DNA of 64,000 nucleotides from Antedon mediterranea (GCF_964355755.1 NC_092671.1:992001-1056000), one strand, 5' to 3'; counted from the first letter of the stretch, positions 15,101 to 29,794 are shown. The notes: generated by a model not told the origin, from the letters alone. Made by a program: numbers and translations.

Positions 15101-18100
15101 GAGGGCACAAAGTGACAAAAAAATGCTTTCCAGATTCATTTATTCTACAGTTTCTGGCACAAGGAGATATTTATTAGATGTTTATGTCAAAAGGACTTTA
15201 ATCAACCTGTTATAAATATCACGTGCAACATTGTTAGTGTTACATTACTAATTAAAAGTACCTGGATAATCGCTTAAATGCTTCTTCAGCGACAGCAAAT
15301 ATATGTGGGTCCATACCAGCCATATCCTGGCTATGGTACGCATTGATGACATCTTCGCCATATAGAGGGAGCTGTTCATACGGATTGATTGCGACAAGCA
15401 CAATACCTGAAAAAAAAAAATTGGATTAATCCAATTATCCAGTATTATTATCAGTAATTATGTTTTTACTCAATATTTTAATTATTTAATTTTATTATTT
15501 AAGGATATTTATAGAGGGTGACCCTTCCAGTTCCCTCACAGGGAAGCTGATATTCAGGACCCCTCTTTATTATCCAGGGACCCTTTATAATAACTAGGGA
15601 CCCTATTTATCTCCACAACTCTACATTAATTTGTCTCTAACTCCCTAGTTTGTCTCCTTCTTTCTCCCTGTTGTCTGACCTTTCTATGACCTTATAGTGC
15701 AAGTCACATAAACTTTAACCAATATAATGATTTACACTAGAATAAAACTAACTTGAAAACAAGAAAAGTACACAATACAAATTGATTAATTGCAACCAGT
15801 ATAAAGCATGAAAAATGTCTTTAAAAATTACATTCATTTAGGTAGACAAACAGTCTCTGTATATTAGTCATAAGCAAATGTTGTTTAATATTTGTGTCAT
15901 TATCCAACCATCAGAGGTGATACAACAGGTTAATGACAATTGCCATAAAATGCATGAATTCATAATGCACAGATTATAATGCTTTGCTTAGCTAAAAATA
16001 TTGCAGCAAAACATAAACATTTAAACAAATGGTTACTGTATATATCTTGTTTATAATCAATAAGAAAGAATTTAAAAAACCAAACTAAATTGAGGCCATT
16101 TTTAAACATATTATTATTAACAACAATGTAATTCTGTGCATTACAATTAGTTTTGTTTATAATACATTAAAATGAATCAAATCTGAGAGATAAAATCCAA
16201 TTCCACTGTCTATAACATTGATTATATGAAGTTCAAAGGATTAAATAAAACTTTATAAAGCTTTGTGACGCAAGATTATGGAATGTTTTTTAAGATTGTC
16301 TGAGTAAATGCGCTGCTAATAATATTTACTGTAAAATTCTTTTCATGTTAACATAAATGTATGACGATGATATCAATACATTTCAAATATGGAGATTCAA
16401 ATGTGATTTACATTATAGAAATATTACATACAACATGATTGTGTAGCGCAATTAGTAAAATAAGGATGGCATTCCTGTTTATGATGTTATAATCTATGTC
16501 GTTAATGTAATATATGTACAGTACAGTATACTAGTAATAGACATGAAATATAATAAATAATTCCATCCTCTGGATTTGATGATTGCTGATGAGCAGTTTA
16601 TCATTGACATCATTAATTCAAACTTGTTACATTTGTTTGTTTCATGAAATATTATCAATTAAAATTATTCATAGCATTTGTTGGTACTCTCTTCACAAGT
16701 GTGCAGCAACTTACAGGTGTTATACTGTAACATTCTTTTCATGTCAACAGGTATACAAGCACTGGTCTTAATGCTTAACTTGTACTATACTTGTTTCAGT
16801 GTATTTTACTTCTTCAGTTTACAGCTAGCTTTATAAATAGATGGTAGATTATTTAAGCTACGTTTACTATGAAAATATAATGTTTCAGAATAGACTAACT
16901 CATTCCCGAACCAGAACAAAAACGTACTGTAGGTGGGGTTCTCCTGCCACTGGAACAAATTCAGGCTTAATGTGAACAGAGCCTTAAAGCTTGAAAGACA
17001 ACCAAACCATATCCAGGCTTAATGTGAACAGAGCCTTAAAGCTTGAAAGACAACCAAACCAAATCCAGGCTTAATGTGAACAGAGCCTTAAAGCTCGAAA
17101 GACAACCAAACCATATCCAGGCTTAATGTGAACAGAGCCTTAAAGCTTGAAAGACAACCAAACCCTATCCAGGCTTAATGTGAACAGAGCCTTAAAGCTT
17201 GAAAGACAACCAAACCATGGTGCTATCAACCCAAAATGGATCAAGAAATGAAACAATTGGAATACTACATGTTGTTACTATAATAATTGACTTACCACAG
17301 TACGTATAGATTGCTCTATTTTGAATAAACCTCACGTTCAAGTTGTATAGTACTGCAGGTTCATGTAAATAACTAAGCGATGTTAAATCATTTTCACCGA
17401 TAAGTATTTCAGGGTTACGCAACGGGGGCATGGCATCTTTAGTTTTAATCTTGATGGTTCTTTCCTATGGAATAAATAATCATTTACATCTTTATATTAC
17501 TTTTAATAACAATAAAAACTCTCTAGATATTGAAGAGCTCCTATAAAATGCTTTTAATTTTGCCATTAATAAATATCCATGATTCTTTACGACCGTTACT
17601 GTTATATAATTTAATTATGATTTTGACTGAAGAGCTCTATAGTTTTTAAGGTATTATGTATGAAAAGTCTACTGTATCTTGTGCCTAAAAAACATGGATA
17701 AACCGACATAGGCCCTTTACCATATGAGGAGACATAAAAACTTACTTGTCCATCTTCCAGTTCAACTTCTACATTTTGCCCTTCTTTGTAGTCTTTAGTC
17801 AATGTGCCACCAATCCATACTTCTTCTGGGTCTCGTATCCACACCCGAGCACCCTAAAATAATCATAGCAAAACATTCAATTATTCTGACAAAACTATTA
17901 ACATATGTTATTGTTAAATAATAATAAAATAATTGCTTACATAGCGCTTTTCCCCGTTGATCAAAGCGCTTCACATAAAGAAGTTTAACAACAATTTAGA
18001 TACACTAATGTATTTAACAAAGTAACACAATCTGCTTATTACAGCTATAGCTAATTAGAGAGTTGTATGGCGTAATGGTAAGGGATCTGACTAGCATGTG

Positions 18101-21100
18101 AGATACATGGTTTGTCTCTGTGCTATTGCTTACTGTATACTGTATATTTGAGATAATGAGATAATCTCTCATTGCGTCATTCTTCGGATGGGAATTAAAG
18201 TTGTTGATCCCATGTATATACATTGCATATGCACGATGAACTTGACACACTATTAAAACAAGTAGAGAATTGTCTCACAGTGAACTAATCCATCTACTGT
18301 AGGACTTGTCCCTGATAGAACAGTGTTGTAATGAAGAGGTCTTTCAATACAAATGTAATCTTGTTCCAAATTTGATCATATAAACGTGTAAAAGAATTAA
18401 TTACAAGATATAGTACCAACCATTTTAACTTATTTAATGGTTGTCAAACGTGAACACTGAAATCCATTAATATTTATAGTGCCTTGGACATTATATTGTT
18501 TAATCTACAGTACCATTTAAAATGGTGTTAATATTATAATATAGATATCCTTCTATCATCAAGGATTCAATGACCTTTGTTTCTGTACTAAGAAACATAA
18601 CGTTTATCGGCTATTATTAATGTTTCAAGGCAGACAGGAGTAGGAGTTTTATTTCAGATTGAATTGAAAGAAAAACAACAGTAATGTTGCAATATAGAAA
18701 CCATTTTTCTGAGACTATTGATAGACTATTTCATACAGCTACTGTACAGTACATAGTACTGCAGTAGTGATTTGCACAACTAGAGTAGTAGTACAGACTA
18801 GTACATGAATTGGTTCTAAAATTGAGAACAAATCAGCATTTCACACTACATGATGGCTGGCAAACATGACTTCATTGCGCTAGATGTAAAAATACATATT
18901 TTTATTAAGAACATACAGTAGTCATTTTTCATTTAAAGGAGACATACACAAGAGACTGCATGAACTATGTACTCACTCTCTTAGGAATAGTCTTAAATGT
19001 TTCTGGTATCCTAATTTACATAATTCAATTTTCATATCATCTCTTGGGTCTTAATACTTTTTAATGTTTGTAGTACTGTAGACTGTTTATTTATAATCAG
19101 TATTAAAATTTACATAATTCAACTACATTATTTACTATTTTAATATACCAAACATTTGTGGTATGTCAAAAGGGTTTTTACAATAAAATCAGAAATCTTG
19201 TCTATCTAACACAATTACTATCACTATACAATCAGCAGTCATCCTATTTATATTCATTCAAATATATCACAATGGATACTGAAAGTAGGTATAGTTACTA
19301 TAATAGCTGAGGACTGGTTAAATGCTGTTTGCTATGCTAAAGCAAACCAGGCAAGCTAAATCACAGTATACAATCCAATAGTACTGTATCCAACAGAGAT
19401 AAAATGTTTTCCAAATAGCAGAGAGCCTGATGTATTTCTGATCCTAAACACAAGTTTATTAAATGTCAACTTGAGAATGTAGTGATAGGTTAAAATGTTC
19501 AATAATCCCAAGACTGCTATCAAATGCTGACACAGGTCTCCAGTACAAATGATAGGCTATTATTAATGATTGTACTCACTCCAACATAATATCAATCTGT
19601 GCTTTGTTGCGTCGGGCATGTGGACTCTTAGTCGAGAATCCTGGTGGCACCACTAATAACAATTAGTACAAATAATCTTGTATTAAAGAAGGAATGCAAG
19701 ATTTTTCTGAGTCGCAGTGGTGATGAATCCAGGAATTTGAAAAGACAAGGTTAGGGGGAGCGGGGTGCAAGTTGTGTACAAGTTGTGTGCAGGGATTAAA
19801 AATGGTAAAATAAAGTTCATTGGAAATGTATTGCCATTGTATCCACATACGTGTTTGCACTCATCATATGGCTCCAAGACCTAGGATTTTTTCTGTAATA
19901 GTTTCATGTAAAGCTAGTTCTCATTTAGAAACTACTATATGCTGGAATGATTGCTACAATACTGTTTAATAAAAGCATTGATAGACAAAAAACCTAGACA
20001 CAACTACACTCTTAATTTCTATTCAAGAAACTAAAAAAAAACAGCCTGCTCCCTTTCTTTGAAATCAAAAGATTATGGCTGGATTGCAAACTTACTTTAA
20101 CATAAATCTCTAAATCAATCGGCATGTAGTTAAAGCGATTCTGCCAATCAACAGCCATATTTCCAAATGTTGACTACACCGGTATAAAGTGATAACATGT
20201 CTTTGCTGATGCTTAAATCCAAAATGATTCACACACAAAAAATCACAAAGTTTTATGCATTCACTGAAATATTCATTGCTATTGTGTCCATTATTGTACA
20301 GCCAAAATGCAAAGTAAATATCGTAATTTTCCAAAAAAATCTTCTACCGTGACCCAATTATTACTTGCGACATAAAACACACTTTACACAAAACAACTTA
20401 AAAGTAGAATCAAAGCATTGAGTGAAAAATGCAGACTTTGAGAGGACCATATGGAGAAGTGCCGGGAATAATAGGAGTGTTCCTGCTGATGATACAACAG
20501 CCAATGAGAGCTATTAATAATCAGATGACTAAATTTAACGTGATTATATAAACGTTAGCATCGTGCCTTTATTTTGGTACTGACAACTGAGACGGGCCTA
20601 CCAGCTTAATTTCCATCACGTAAACAAGGTCCTTATGAATATTCATTTTTGTGGTGTTATTAGCACGAACAGATCTCACATTTCACAGACTGATAAAAAT
20701 GGTGGAAACACTTAGGAGATGAGGGTAGGTTTACATTGTAATTAGTAGTATACAGTAGATAACCACAATTTAGTATTACAGGTGTAGATAACCACAAGGT
20801 AGTATTAGAAGAGTCCTACTTTTTAATAATAGTATTTTGTACTCTAATAGTAGCTTTAATCATACTAGATACTACTAATAGGTTATTATTGGTGAGTGGT
20901 TTTCTTATTAACCCTGAAATTATGCTGTGAAACAACTTATGTATTTAAAAATGAGGTCACAATATTCATAATTACAGTATCTCTATTATTATAATAATAT
21001 TCTGTAGTTGCTTGTAGTTTGTGCTACACTAGGCAGGTAGAGTCACCCAACCAATTAAGGGTCTTCATTCTATTGTATCACAGCACTTAACCAACTGTAG

Positions 21101-24100
21101 TAGAACTAATTTTGTATTTAAAAATATACTTTGAGACAAGCCCTATTTTAGATCCTTATCTTATGATCTATGGTACATGCATTGTAAAACCATGATGAAT
21201 AAATGTTGAATAAATGAAAAAACTGAGTTGCACACTTATTTACAGGTACAGTATGCTTAGGACTGTTGGCACCAATTTGAGACCAGACATTTTTCTTAAT
21301 GAGGTGCTTAAGATTGAACACAAGAATCAATTGAAATACATTAGCATAATATCAGATACGCTGATGTGGCAGGTAGGCTAAGTACACAGATGGACAGTAG
21401 TTGCTAACTGTCTTATCTTACTCATAACAATACAAAATCAGATAAGAATGACTGTGTACACTTCTACCAGAGTGAACCCACATACAAACTGCATCCATGT
21501 TGATACATTGTTTGAGTTCATGTCATTACAATGTGTTGGCTACATATAGTATATGTTATATGTTTTGTCAAATAGAGAACACTGTAGTCATATCACAACA
21601 AATTATGAGTAAACAAAGGCCATCGCCTACTACAAGATGGTAGAAAGGAAGGGTGCGAAAAAAGGGTCCCTTCAACAAAGTAGCTCTTGACAAAAATTAA
21701 AAATGTCTGGTTTTGAAATTTATAGATACAATGTAAAATTGACAGCACTGCAGTGACCATAGTCCACTATGCACAGGTGTCTATCTTTATGCTAAATAGA
21801 CTTTTCATTTGAAACATATTTTATAAAACTTCCTTACTACCACCAGTATAAACTACATTTTCACGCTGCTGCTCTAGCCCGCTACGTCCCATTAGGACTA
21901 CTCAATCAGAAGCTAAAGCAAGCAGCAGTTATAGTTCTAAGGACAGACAGGTTTGTGAAAATGGAAACTCCACTATAATTTATTGATTCCAGCTGCTACA
22001 GTAGACCCAAAAAACGTCTGGGAAAGAGTCTATTAGGACCTGTCATGCTAAAATTACAAATCCCTAAGCATTTCTGGTATATTCACTGTCAGATATTCAT
22101 TGAATTATTATCGAAACAGTCCATTAAAGTTTGTGTTTGTAATAGGATACTTCACAATTGAAATATCTAGGGTGATGAAGTGACCCCAGCTTTGACCTTA
22201 GCAATAAAATTAACTAAAGTGACAGAAATTGAGTATTCACTTCTGTAACAAAAAAATAATATTTATTCACATATAAAAAAAGAAAAGAAACCCAAAAACC
22301 ATTGTCTGACAGACAATTTAAGTATTTGTTGCTTTAAATTACATTTTTTTCAGGTAAAATAACTATTATGTGACAATAAAATGATACATTCAAAAACATT
22401 TAAAATAAAAAATATTTATCAATAAGCGAGCAGCGTTTTTTGTAAGAAATATTTCTTGTTATACTGTACAACTAATAGTACAGTGGATTGTTACTCAATA
22501 AGCTAAAGTCCCCAAAGGTTTAACAATATCATAAATTATGTTTTAGGGAAATCAGAAAAGAACCACCTGAACGTGAATATGTTGGGTATTGGTTTAGAAA
22601 TTCATGGTAGAGCAGTATAACTAAAACTTTGACCTTTGACTTTGTCATTTCATAACACTCAGTTGTTTGCTTAATCAAGCATACAAATAAGGCGATAAGT
22701 TCATATCCTACAAATATTACAATTATTTATTATGATATCTCATACTCTCATTAGTACTGTATAAATTAAATCATGCTAAAAGCTTATTAATGCAGAATAA
22801 ACTTGCTAAAATTACCAAATTATTAAGTTAAAAGACTCAATTAGATTTTAAAGTCCAAGTACAATACTACAGTATAGTATAGTTTTGGATTTAATTTGTC
22901 GTTTTTAAACAATATCATTTAATTAATTAAAGTACAATATTTTAAAATTGTACTACGGTAAATTATATTTATATCTATAAACATACATTAAATTACATTT
23001 AAATCAATAACTTTCCCCAATATTGTTTATTATAATAATTTAACATCAATAATTGACATTTAATCAAGGATTCACAATATTGATTACATCGTGTTTCAGC
23101 CTATAGTAGCTGAGAGAATTTCAAGATATTGTACAGTAGTAATATATCATAGCTTATACAACATTAACCCACTCATTAACTAGATCATTATTTAATGTCA
23201 AGATAAACAAATTTGTAAATAGAACAAATGAGAAGAGAGAATATTTTTAATCTTTGTGATAATTATATTCAATAGAATAATCCAAATGAAAGTCATTGAA
23301 TAGTCTTTGTGATAATTATATTCAATAGAATAATCCAAATGAAAGTAATTGAATAGTCTTTTACTGGATGTATAGTTACCCACTTCTAAACTGCAAATGT
23401 GGACTATTTAAAATAAATATACACACCTACAGTGTCTGGCTCATTACCGTGAGAGAATGGCTAAGATTTTGGATTTGTTGTTATACACTAACATTTTTAA
23501 AATCATGCATTTATTTCGGATTACAAATCTAGCAATATTTTTATGATAATTTCATTTTCCATAATGTATGTTGTTAACATTCATGTAACCACAATACAAT
23601 TATAGGAAATACTACCTAATTCCTAACAATTCATCAAGTTTCACCTTTGGTCCAACCAAGCATTCAATTAGAATTCCAACGGCCTGACACACTGTGTTCA
23701 TATAGAATAGTCTAAACGCATGACTGGTGTAGAAAACAAAGAATAGTATTTACAGAATAGCGACTTTCATGAGAAACAACTTGTAGGTCTAATGATCAGA
23801 ACAAGGTCATTGCCTAATAAAGGTATGGTTCGTTATTACGCCTTAATAAATAGTGTCACTGAACAGACAAAATTATTAAATTAAATTAAAAATCAGGGTT
23901 CTTAAAATCTTTTTAAAATAACAAGTAGATCATACCGATTACTAATACTATACTGTACAGTACATACCATATTGCTTGTCCACAATAAATCAATATAAAC
24001 CAGTGGCGGAGGGGGCTTCGTGGTTCAAATGAACCACCCCAAATATTATACCATAGGCCTAGCTTGTACACCTACACCCCATACGACACAGTACACTGGT

Positions 24101-27100
24101 TGTAGACATATAACAGTATAATGTTTTATAATATCATATTCTAACTAAATCATACACTTGATGACACTAGAGAGAACAATTTGTGTTTCATAACAAAACA
24201 CCTTAAACGTTTTTTAAACATCCAATCAATAAATTATGTTCAAATGATATTGCTGTACAGTAGCTTGACAACATAAATCAGACTAATAAAAACACCAATT
24301 AAAACAAATGGATTCAGCACCATAATCTAACAATTAAATCAATCTAACGCCCTGGGTCTGAACAGGGCCTTAGTTTGAATATCAAATATTGACAAAGGTT
24401 ACATAATTTGAGATATCAGTGCTGTACCGCAGGGTTCATAGCCCTCAAGAGTTATGACCAGCATCCCCAGAAAACTGGCTAATTAACCATTCCTTAGTTT
24501 TTAACTGTTGTTCGTCTGGATTTAGCGGGGCTTTGTAGGCAGTCAAATTTGTAGGGTACACACCGGTCCTTCGTGATTGTGTAGTGACCTTTCACATAAA
24601 CAATAGATTTATTAGAATTCTATGCAAATCATACTATGTTCACGCAAAATTTAAATTGGTATGCGGTTCAGTTTCCATGAACGGCTGACTCAAAGATCTT
24701 CTGGTTTTCTGGTGCTAGCACCACGATCAAGCTGCTTACAAATTTTGTAAATGTACCCACAGAGGATCAGGCAAAGGCACAGTGTGTATTCCCAACTGAT
24801 CTATCACTCTGTATACTGTATGATGCTGGACCACCCTGTATCATCAATAATATTAATAATAATTGATCCTAAATAGGAGCTATCATATAAATATTGGCTT
24901 CTTTCATCAATACTTTGACATTCAAAACCAATAGTTTACTAATATCCAATATAAACTGCTGTTATACTAAAATAAATGATTGTTTTAATCGGTGTAGTAA
25001 TTAGACAATCTAGAATACAAAGTGGTTTGATTAATGCTTTCACTTTTCATCTCATTATTTTACAGCAGACATTCTATTAAAGATAAAAACAATTACCTAC
25101 ATAAACTGTATATTACTGTGAAGTGTGATGGATGTGATCTTTGTGTCATCAAAGATAAAAACAATTACCTACATACTGTATATTACTCTAATGGATGTGA
25201 TCTTTGTGTCATCAAAGAGAAAAACAATTACCTACATACTGTATATTACTCTGATGAATGTGATCTTTGTGTCATCAAAGATAAAAACAATTACCTACAT
25301 ACTGTATATTACTCTGATGGATGTGATCTTTGTGTCATCAAAGATAAAAACAATTACCTACATACTGTACTGTATATTACTCTGATGGATGTGATCTTTG
25401 TGTTCATGTTGGCTATACAAAATTATTCATTAAGATACATTCTGATATTAAACTTTTTTTCTTGCTTGTTATATTATACCATGGAGAAATCCTAACTTAT
25501 TTCTCCATGATTATACAGTAGTATTTTAAGATTTTAACATTTATATCGTGTTAAATTGTGTCATCACTTTATATTACTCGTGGTACAGTATTACAGAATG
25601 TTTGTATTTAGTGTACAGTATACATGTAATAGCTATTTCTGATAATTTCTACCAAGCAAATTATTGATAGATAAAGATAAATTGTGATATTAATTAAACT
25701 TTTTTTCTTGCTTGTTTCAATATTTATACTATACAGTTAGTATTTTAAGATTTTAAAATTTATGTCGTACATTGATTAATTGATTTAAAAAAAAGTATAT
25801 TATTATTATACAGGCGATTGGCATTTTGACCTCAAACAGGCTTTAGTTATTGACATTTCTGACTTAAAATATCTGATTTATATTGGTGTAGTCATTTTTA
25901 ATTCATTAATTAATTTCATGAACATACATTTGATACATGTCATTAAATGCGGAGAGAAACCTGAATTCACGATTTCTACAGGAAATTCAATTGCTTCGTT
26001 AGTAACATGGTGTATAGTTTCTGAACAGCTGCTGATCAGGTTCTAACAATGTTTTGGTTTGTCACGAGAAAGGAAATAAAAACACCTAAAAAAACACATT
26101 TTATAACACCTTATTACAATAATCAGTATTCATAAAAACTAATGAATAAGAAGTACAATCACTATTGTTTGTTAGTAAACAATGGTAGATTTCTGTAAAA
26201 AATTAGTAAAGAATGAATTATTCATAACACTTAGTAACCAATACATAAATCCTTGATTTGCCAAGCCTATTCAGAATTTTTCACCAATAGGAAAGTGGGA
26301 TTAGGGAGACAAAGGGTGGTCTCCATACATCAAAACCACACAAATCTTCTATCATGGTATTTTCTGTAGAAAATACAAGTACAATAAAAATTTCTATTTG
26401 GTGATAGACCAGTTATTGTGTCTAACAAGGAGTTTATCTGATACAAGTATTGTTAATACAAGGACTTTTAACCGAGGACTTATGCCGGCCGGTATAGTGG
26501 TTTCATAGGGCTTGTTCTTAACTTACAGTTTAGCAAGTATTTTATAACCATAAAGTTAAAAACAACATGATTATAAATGTTCAATTGGTTTTGGATTCAT
26601 GAATTAGTAATTCTTTTCGCAAATTTTTTTAAAAGAATTACAACTTCATTAAAAATAACTAACAAGTACAAATCTGTAACCCTGTGCTGTCAGGAACTGC
26701 AATATAGCATTTTTCATTCAAAAGCCAAAATACGAATTATGAACTTAATCTTTGCAATAATTTAATACTTTTACTATGACTTTATAGCGTTCTCTTTTCT
26801 TATAATAATATATTAATAATGATATTACAACAACAATGCAAGGAAACCACACCTTCAAATGATGACAAAAGGAGAGAAATAATAATAATCCATCATGATA
26901 TCAAATGAGTCACTATGTGTATAGTAGTACACATCACAATAACTGCTATTAAGACATTAAAATAAATATAAAGTATGTTGGGGATTAAATATTAACATTG
27001 GATGTCTGTCTTTTGACTATTAACTTTTGAATAAAATTTCAATATTTGTTTATGTGTGGGTACAGTATATCAATATTTTGATTCAACAATTTAAAATAAA

Positions 27101-27872
27101 GAAATTTTATTGAGTAAATATGGAAGAATTTTGTATACATGTACTTTGAAAAATCATCAATGTTTTGTTGCTTATGATTTAAAAAATACAGTTATTATAA
27201 ACTGCTATAAATACAAGATTTAACATATTAATTATTACATATGTAATACAAAATATGACATTATTATTTGTAATTTGATACTCTGTGCATAAGTACTCAT
27301 CTCAGAAATAAAAAGTTAGTAGGGCCTACTTAACTACACTAAAGTAGTAGTAGTTAGTAGGCCTAGGAATCCTAACTAACCTAGGCCAGGTTACAGGTGG
27401 TAGTGGTCGTAGTAGTAGTATGCCTAGGGAATTCTGCTGAGTGCTACTATTTATTTATTAGAAAGAAAATGGAACTGCCCACCCAGCTACTAGGAATCCA
27501 CCGCCGCTACTAGTACTAAACTAAGTACTACTATTATTACTAATACTAGCTACGACTGTCATCAGCAAAATTCGAGGACCACAATTTTAAAATTAAAACA
27601 AAATTCAAATCCTACAATACAAGTTACCTAGCTGAAAACACTGTACGTTTAGGTTGATATATTCCTAGGCCATGGTCAAGGATTTTACATGCTTCTATGC
27701 CCAATTTGTGTTAGGCACGGTGGTTGATCTGCTGCTTGGTGGGCGTAACCTAGGCCACAGGCTTCGACAGTCCCTTCAACAGTGGCCTAGCTATACTCAA
27801 TCGAAAAGGCGGAAGCAATTAAGAAACTTCCTCCCAATCACTCACCTTGCTGTAAAGTTCTTCTGTAGACAT
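112..27872 (-). CDS. MYO5: Class V unconventional myosin heavy chain, 5' portion (motor, IQ neck, start of coiled coil); continues beyond the left edge
   Basis: GT-AG exons in continuous frame: 27872-27846 (MSTEELYSK), 17853-17746, 17464-17296, 15406-15262, 14696-14540 (P-loop GESGAGKT), 13037-12812 ([15 protein letters not shown]), 11813-11706, 10865-10759, 8583-8452, 8055-7922 (switch II LDIYG), 7789-7708 ([17 protein letters not shown]), 7388-7248, 6723-6514, 6105-5977, 3620-3436 ([31 protein letters not shown]), 3118-3007, 2582-2371 ([12 protein letters not shown]), 2150-1844 (IQ motifs), 1110-1021 ([20 protein letters not shown]), 336-112 (coiled coil). The N-terminus ELYSK/ARVWI.DPEEVW and the post-IQ segment are typical of myosin V. 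Confidence 0.96.
584..969. repeat. 54-bp minisatellite, about 7 copies, built from two alternating palindromes (myosin intron)
   Basis: Unit TAATACAAGGGAGTTGTTAACAACACCCTGGTAATACCATAGAGATCTCTATGG; contains palindromes GTTGTTAACAAC and CCATAGAGATCTCTATGG. Confidence 0.95.
4631..4727. repeat. Small inverted repeat, possible MITE relic
   Basis: GATGCTTACAATT (4631-4643) and AATTGTAAGCATC (4715-4727) are perfect reverse complements. Confidence 0.5.
5107..5154 (-). CDS. Candidate alternative myosin V exon encoding a second version of the loop 2 C-terminal half ([16 protein letters not shown])
   Basis: Acceptor context tggtttccagCTTCAG (AGs give exon starts at 5160 or 5154), open phase-0 frame, donor CAG|gttggt. 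Ends in KKSVGSQ exactly like exon 6105-5977. Confidence 0.75.
5833..5965. repeat. 49-bp tandem repeat, about 2.7 copies
   Basis: GAGATTATCTGTATTGAGCAGGACGAATGTCTTTAATCCGATGAGCCGA starting at 5833, 5882 and 5931. Confidence 0.9.
10282..10410. mobile_element. MITE, PIF/Harbinger-like family A, copy 1
   Basis: TIRs CTCTGCCTACACTATCA / TGATAGTGTAGACAGAG, followed by TTA. Internal sequence shared with copies at 14185 and 49065. Confidence 0.8.
12537..12721. mobile_element. Tc1/mariner-pogo-like MITE family B (degenerate copy)
   Basis: TA-flanked with imperfect TIRs (AATCTCTCAATACTGGAC / GTCCAATATTGGGAGATT); interior homologous to 41963-42116. Confidence 0.65.
13698..13817. repeat. 58-bp tandem duplication
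   Basis: CTGTAGCTTCACAAGCTAATCGCCTCAGCAGTCTC(G/A)GCGGGTACAGCAGTATAGAATA at 13698 and 13756. Confidence 0.9.
14185..14326. mobile_element. MITE family A, copy 2
   Basis: AGCTTTGTCTACACTA ... GTGATATGACATCATCATGTCCATATATGGGCACATCA ... TTTGATAGTGTAGACAGA. Confidence 0.8.
16962..17218. repeat. 52-bp minisatellite, 5 copies
   Basis: CAGGCTTAATGTGAACAGAGCCTTAAAGCTTGAAAGACAACCAAACCATATC repeated with period 52. Confidence 0.95.
23251..23360. repeat. 53-bp tandem duplication
   Basis: TCTTTGTGATAATTATATTCAATAGAATAATCCAAATGAAAGT at 23251 and 23304. Confidence 0.9.
25079..25403. repeat. 60-bp minisatellite, about 5 copies
   Basis: AAAGATAAAAACAATTACCTACATACTGTATATTACTCTGATGGATGTGATCTTTGTGTCATC repeated; accounts for ORFs 25034-25495 and 25125-25385. 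Confidence 0.95.
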
Positions 27873-28275
27873 CCTTCCTGAATATCTTCAGTCTAGGATA
27901 GTGTCATGATATATTCGAATTGAGGAAAATCCAACTAAATGATAGTATAAAAACGATCAGTCAATGATTGGCTTCTTTCATCCTTCCAATCTAGCAGCAG
28001 CTGATGAGTGAAAATCTCTCGGTGGTTGCGCCGTCGCAGCGCACCCAACTTTTTCGATACACAACAGCTGATTTGCTTCTTGCTTGCCAAATCCGCGAAA
28101 TTATTGAAATTTAATAAGTACTGTTATTTTTTTTATGTCATTATTTCTTGATTTGAGATCCAACTAAAATTGTCTAAATTTCATATAAATAATAATTAAT
28201 ACAGTATCAACCTTTTTTAAAACACCGGTTTTTGTAAAATCATCCCTTTTTTGGAATAATATGCAAGGATAGGAG

Positions 28276-28364
28276 GCGTTTTCTATGTAAAAGGCACCGC
28301 CACGATTGCAGAAAAAAATAGCGTTTTCTTCTATGTCAAAGGCACCGCCACGATTGCAGAAAAG
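28276..28364. repeat. Short direct duplication upstream of myosin V
   Basis: GCGTTTTCT..ATGT.AAAGGCACCGCCACGATTGCAGAAAA occurs twice. Confidence 0.8.
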
Positions 28365-29794
28365 AATACATAAACTAAATACAGTAGTAAATACAGTACT
28401 TTCGATGAGCTATATTATATAGTGCAAAAAAGACAACCGATTTGCGTTTTCTGACAAGCAAAAAAAAATCATAAATATCGTAAAAGTTTTTAACGACACG
28501 TGGATAAATAAAAGGAATTCCCCAAACTATGATCTGAACATGCGCGCGTGTGCGTATAACTGCGCCGCGCGCAAACGCGAGGGAATTCTCTTAGGACGTC
28601 TACTACTACTAGAACTCTGAAATAGGTAGGAAGCAAGATCCAGTAGTCGGTGGAAGTATTGCTAAAATAAGTACACTGGGCTACTTATTTTATTTTATCT
28701 ATGGTGTAAGTATGCCAAGTGCCATCCATTTTAAGCTTGGAAACAATTGACCATAAATGTTTTTTCATGTAATTATTTTGGTAATCATTGTCTTTCATTG
28801 AAAATGCTATATCTTTCCTTTCCTATGACCTTTCCAATTCATGCAAACATCCTCCTATAAAGTTGCCATTATATCTGATCAACCAATGCACCCCTCACAT
28901 TTTTGTAATTGTTATTTTAGGTCAATCGGACTCAATTTGCATAGCAATACAAAATTCCTTTATTGTCCAAACAAAATGAAAACATTTTCTGTACTCATGA
29001 TCGACTGCCATTTAAACAAGATTGCTTTAAATACAACCTCTGATTCCAATCAGACAGAACGAGTACTAAGTTACAGCAGATGCAGGTTTCTGGTTATGAA
29101 GAATTCACTCATTCACAAAAATTAACCTTGGACATAAACCCACCTCTCTTGAATAAAAAAAAAGACTACTTGTAGCTTTTAGTGGATTTTAATATACAAA
29201 CATTACCATCACATGTACACAATGAGTTGCCCAATTAGTGGAAAGCAAATTACAAAACATAATACATTACATTACAAAATACAGTGTGCCTTTATTGTAT
29301 ACTTATACTCTGATCATACCAGAATACAATGCAAGTAATTTTAATTTCTTTGCACCTGTCATTTCACTGGAAATCTACATTTTTACACAATGTTCACATT
29401 TCTGAGTTGCTTGCCAAACTATTTTGTCACTTTATTATATAACCTTTGTAAATGAAATTGTATTTTATTTAACCTTATACAAAGTACATTCAAGATACTG
29501 GTCATCATATTTGCTCTTTTGTTGAAAAAAACATGTACACTTTTACCTATACAGATATTCGTATTAATATTATGTTTTACCAGAAACACTTCAGTGGCTA
29601 AAACTTTGTGAGTTACTTAATAAATATTTGAATGTGCAAAATGAATGAATATTCATGTGGTATCATTGAAAGATCGAACACACAGAACATTACAAGTAAC
29701 AAGTTATCTTTATAAGATTTCATGTATGACAAGTTAATATTTACAAGGTGAACTATTAAATACTGCCCTCTATCAGTTTATTAAATTCTCATTT

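Noticed and set aside
25034-25495. Cys/His repeat ORF resembling a zinc finger (CDGCDLC..H)
   Set aside because: It is the translation of a 60-bp intronic minisatellite, with no gene structure.
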